Source of the DNA: Sarea resinae
Taxonomy: Eukaryota
DNA length: 64,000 nt
Assembly (NCBI GenBank): GCA_026026165.1
Contig: JAPEUD010000031.1
Location: forward strand, 62,001 to 126,000
Direction of reading: 5' to 3'
How positions within the stretch are numbered: position 1 is the first letter of the stretch; the number at the start of each line of letters is the position of its first letter. Below, piece by piece: positions 60,499 to 64,000 of the stretch. The notes under the pieces were generated by a model. It saw nothing but the letters and a program-made list of their open reading frames with translations. It ran no database searches and was not told the DNA's origin. The position numbers were made by a program, and so were the translations under genes.

Positions 60499-62457
60499 TC
60501 AGACCTTTGCCACCTTCAGCTCCTGCACTTCCTCTCTCTCAAGCTCGACGGCTTGCTCCTCGGTCATGAATTCCTCGTCGTCAATCTTCCGGAACCAGCA
60601 GTAGAAGATGACTGCAGAAAGAAGACCAGCTACGGCGGTCGCCACAAACGGCCAGATCAAATGAGGATCCACGAGCACATCGACGCAAGCTTCGGAGATG
60701 GCCGCCGAGATTGCGGTCGTGAATAAGAAGAGGGCCATCACGAGACCCTTCATGTTCTTGGGAGACCGTGCATATGCAACCTCATAGGCGGTCACGTTGA
60801 CAAAGCACTCGGACACGGCCTGCAGGACCCACATAGGCGTCTCTGCCCAGACGGAAATTGGAGAGACTCCAGTACCATCGTCACAACTGGTGGCGTAATA
60901 TCCGCATGGAGATGTCTTATATACCCGCCATTGGAGAATGGCACCTATGGCCGAAGCGACAGCGGCCAGCATGAAGCCAAAGGTGATGCGCTTTATCCGG
61001 CCGAAATTGATGTTGTGCTTGCGGAGAAAAGGATAGATGAGATAGGTCAAGATTGGTACGGCAACGATGATGGTAAGCGGATTGAAGTTGTTGATCAGGT
61101 CGTTCGGAGCGCCGTTGGTTGTCATGGCCGAGCCCATGGATGTCTGGATGTTTCCAATTCCTCCATCGTTGAGGTTATAGACCGGGTAGAAGATGAAGAT
61201 CTGGCAGGCAACGAATGTTCGGCCAACATCCTGGACGAAAGCATCCGTCCAATCGATGGGCTTGTTCCTAAAGGTGGTGACACCTTCGGCTGCCAAGACT
61301 GTTGGCTTCGCGGCATCCAGGAAGCCGCTACGCCCGAATTTCCAGATTCCGTTCTTCTTGATGGCCATGCTAATGATCTTAATCACCTTGCCCAGGTCGT
61401 TTCCACTCGGAGGTTTCTTGATCGTTCGCTTGTAGGCAAAGACGAGAACGATGGGCATCAAGAAGTATACGATACCAGGAAGGAGATATGCAAGCCAGTA
61501 GCCAACATCCTTCTCGGCATATGAGGTGGCCACGCCAAAGAAGGCGCCGACATTCACCAGCCCGTAAAAGGTAAGCATCATCCTTTGAACGGTGGCTTCA
61601 GGGTCGACGATGACACGCTCGCCCGTCTTGAGCGTCTGGATCAATGGCCTCTGGTGCGGATACTGGTCAATGACAGTCGGGGCGATGTTGCTCTTGAACA
61701 AACCTATTGGACATGTTAGGAAAGAAAGTATGTCTGCTCGTATGACATACCGGCTCCAAAGGCAAGTATAATCAGACTGATGGCGAATGGGGCCATGCCA
61801 TGACCCGCTTGCAAAACGCTGGGCAGAGCGCCAAAGACCATGATGATATGGCCAATACCTGCCACGACAACACCGACGCAGATCATCGTGTAACGACCGT
61901 ACTTGACGTCGGCAAGCCATCCACCCAAGATGGGAATCGTAAACGCCAGGAATTGGAAAAGCAGGGTCATGGCCGAAGACGTCGCGAGCCCTCTGTTCAG
62001 TGCTCCGGCCGTCTCTTGCGTACCTCTCGGAGGAGCTCCTGCGCCATTCCCCCCTTTCGGCAGCGGGAACTCTACAAAATTCGAGAAGACCCGCGAACAT
62101 CCATAGTACGACGCACGCTCAGCAAACTCGACCGCGCACAGCAGATATGCAATATTGGGAACTGAGCCGGCCACTTTGCGCAAAGTCAACAGCTCTTCTT
62201 CTGTCGGCACCTTTCCGAATATCTCGACGTCTCCTAGGTCCGGATCAATAGGTCCCACGGCATGGTTGATGGCTGTGGCCTGGACGGAAACGTGCTTCTC
62301 ATCCGGGTAGATGGAAACGCTTGGCCTCTTCTCGTCCAGGACCTCAACGGCCATACTATTTGTGGTGAGCACATCGGCTGTGAATTGCGGATGGCCAGCT
62401 AACTCAATGATTCACATTAGACAGAGTACAGAAGGCAGAAAGACTGGGCATACCCAT
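60499..62457 (-). CDS. PTR2: Proton-dependent oligopeptide transporter (POT/PTR family), 3 exons
   Basis: VEFAERASYYG, GGWLADVKYGRY, GAG|LFKSNIAP, FYGLVNVGA, AYARSPKNMKGLV; ATG at 62457 is a 4-nt first exon. Confidence 0.93.
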
Positions 62458-64000
62458 TGTGCTCTCAATTCTGTCTCTCTCTGTTGGCCTTGGCAACGAA
62501 ATAGCGGAGTATTCCACCAGCTGGAAAGGGATGTCTTCGAGAACAATGGATTGCAGCCCGTTCATATACGATCGGCATAGCGGCCATCTGAGATGCTTGT
62601 TTCTCTATCCTGCATGCAGAGACGACAGGGCCATCGATATGGCACGCCAATCGCACCTGCAAAGGCGACATCTTCTAGTATCTCGTATCTCTGCCAGCGA
62701 CGGCCATCCCGGCAATGCTTCCACAGAGTGGCAAGCATGATAGCCAAGACAGTCGCTCTCCAACGGAATAAGTTCTAGCCTGACCGATTGACAGGCTCGT
62801 AGACTTCTCCCATTATCTGGATGCGACAAGCAGGAACATGGGACAACGGGGCCGTCAACAAGGACTCGATCGAGGGTCGCAGTTACATTCTGGAATGCGT
62901 GCTCGAGAAGGACCCTGGTCTACGGCCCTCTCGCGATTCTTAGCTCCGTATGAGACCATTTCAGGTCTGTTCGAGAGGGGCAGGGGCCCATGCAATACCG
63001 CCAATGAAGCTCGTCCGATTAAGAGTTATCGTCACCCATTCCTAATGGAGCAGCTGGCTTTGACGTTCGTAGCACAGCCGTCGAGCAGAACATTGGCGTA
63101 GGTTCTGCAAGAAAAGAAAAGACGGTAAATTGAGCGAGGGAAAGCAGCCTCGCTTCTGTTTTGCCGCCCGCCGTTCAGGAAAACAGCATCGACTAGACAG
63201 CCAAGGAGAGCAATCCAGTCAGCCAGGCCTGGTGGGCTGCTTCTTCGATTTCGCCATCCGGCCGATGATTGTCCTGCTACATGGTAGTCTTCTGAAATAT
63301 CATCCATGATAACGATCACGCGACCAAGCGACCGAGAGAGCAAGCGACCGACCGACCGACCAACTGAATCATCTACTTCTCTCTTGGACACAGATTCTTC
63401 CGGGAGCAGAACGGGTAGAGTAGGTCGATCATAGGCTTCTAGCAGGCGGGTGCATCTCTGTCTACCGAGTCGCCCCACCGTACCCGTGAACACCGATACA
63501 GAGCCAGACAGCCATGCAGACATCCCACGAAGTGGCGCGCGGGGGCGCCTGCTCCCCGTCGAAGGTGCAGCGGGTCGGCGCTCATCGGTCGCACGCATCA
63601 ATGCCCTTGCCCAATCGTGTGCAGCAGGACAGCACACTAAGTCCGACAAGGCGAACACTAGCCTCGAACACCATGATAAGGTTCTGACCGATGTGCACCC
63701 CGTTCCCCCTCACCCCCCCAACACATGGCTTACCGTCGCCCGGAACGGCGCCTTCACGGAAGAGCGACAGGAAAATCGCGGATATACGTCCTCCAAAGTT
63801 GTATGCCTAACTCCGTGCTATCCAATGCATCGCAACGTCGTGCACAGGCTGTCTTTAGTAAAGCGTCTCTGCCTACATAGACGTCCCTGTATTGAACGTT
63901 GAAGAGGTGATAGCTTGCTCAGCGCTTTGAGCCGTGCAAGATTTGTCGCGTAACAGGCTGTTCAAGAACCTCTTGTCATGCATCGAAGCGGGCCGATCTC

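Noticed and set aside
62600..64000. ORFs 63032-63658 and 63450-63902
   Set aside because: No family motifs and they include simple repeats; likely PTR2 upstream non-coding DNA.

Overview
Eukaryotic, intron-containing DNA from a filamentous ascomycete (GT-AG introns with CTAAC/CTGAC-type branch points). About 17 ordinary conserved genes are present: DHA1 MFS transporter, 1-Cys peroxiredoxin, mitochondrial-type IleRS, UPF0183/PHAF1, BimC kinesin-5, Atg31-like protein, APC11, rhodanese/MST, WD40 protein, NAD(P)-binding reductase, a secreted/TM protein, a pseudokinase, JEN1-like transporter, GNAT, Egt2-like PLP lyase, METTL16-like methyltransferase, PEP7/VAC1 and PTR2. Two accessory tracts interrupt them (about 5.2-11.6 kb and 41.8-52.5 kb). 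The main finding is in the second tract: a highly divergent Spo11/TopoVI-A-like gene (51409->~49902). It keeps the putative catalytic Tyr and the TOPRIM E/DxD residues but is split by single-base frameshifts. It lies next to a Gag-like triple zinc-knuckle gene, a decayed paralogue of that gene, a stop-riddled multi-exon gene, an orphan gene and an atypical tRNA-like Pol III element. The Spo11-like and knuckle genes share a 3' motif, several of these genes have a 5'UTR intron just before the ATG, and a diverged fragment of the knuckle gene recurs at ~7.9 kb. I infer a multi-copy, possibly mobile or selfish module. All calls come from motif recognition by eye; no searches were run, and intron boundaries are approximate unless stated.
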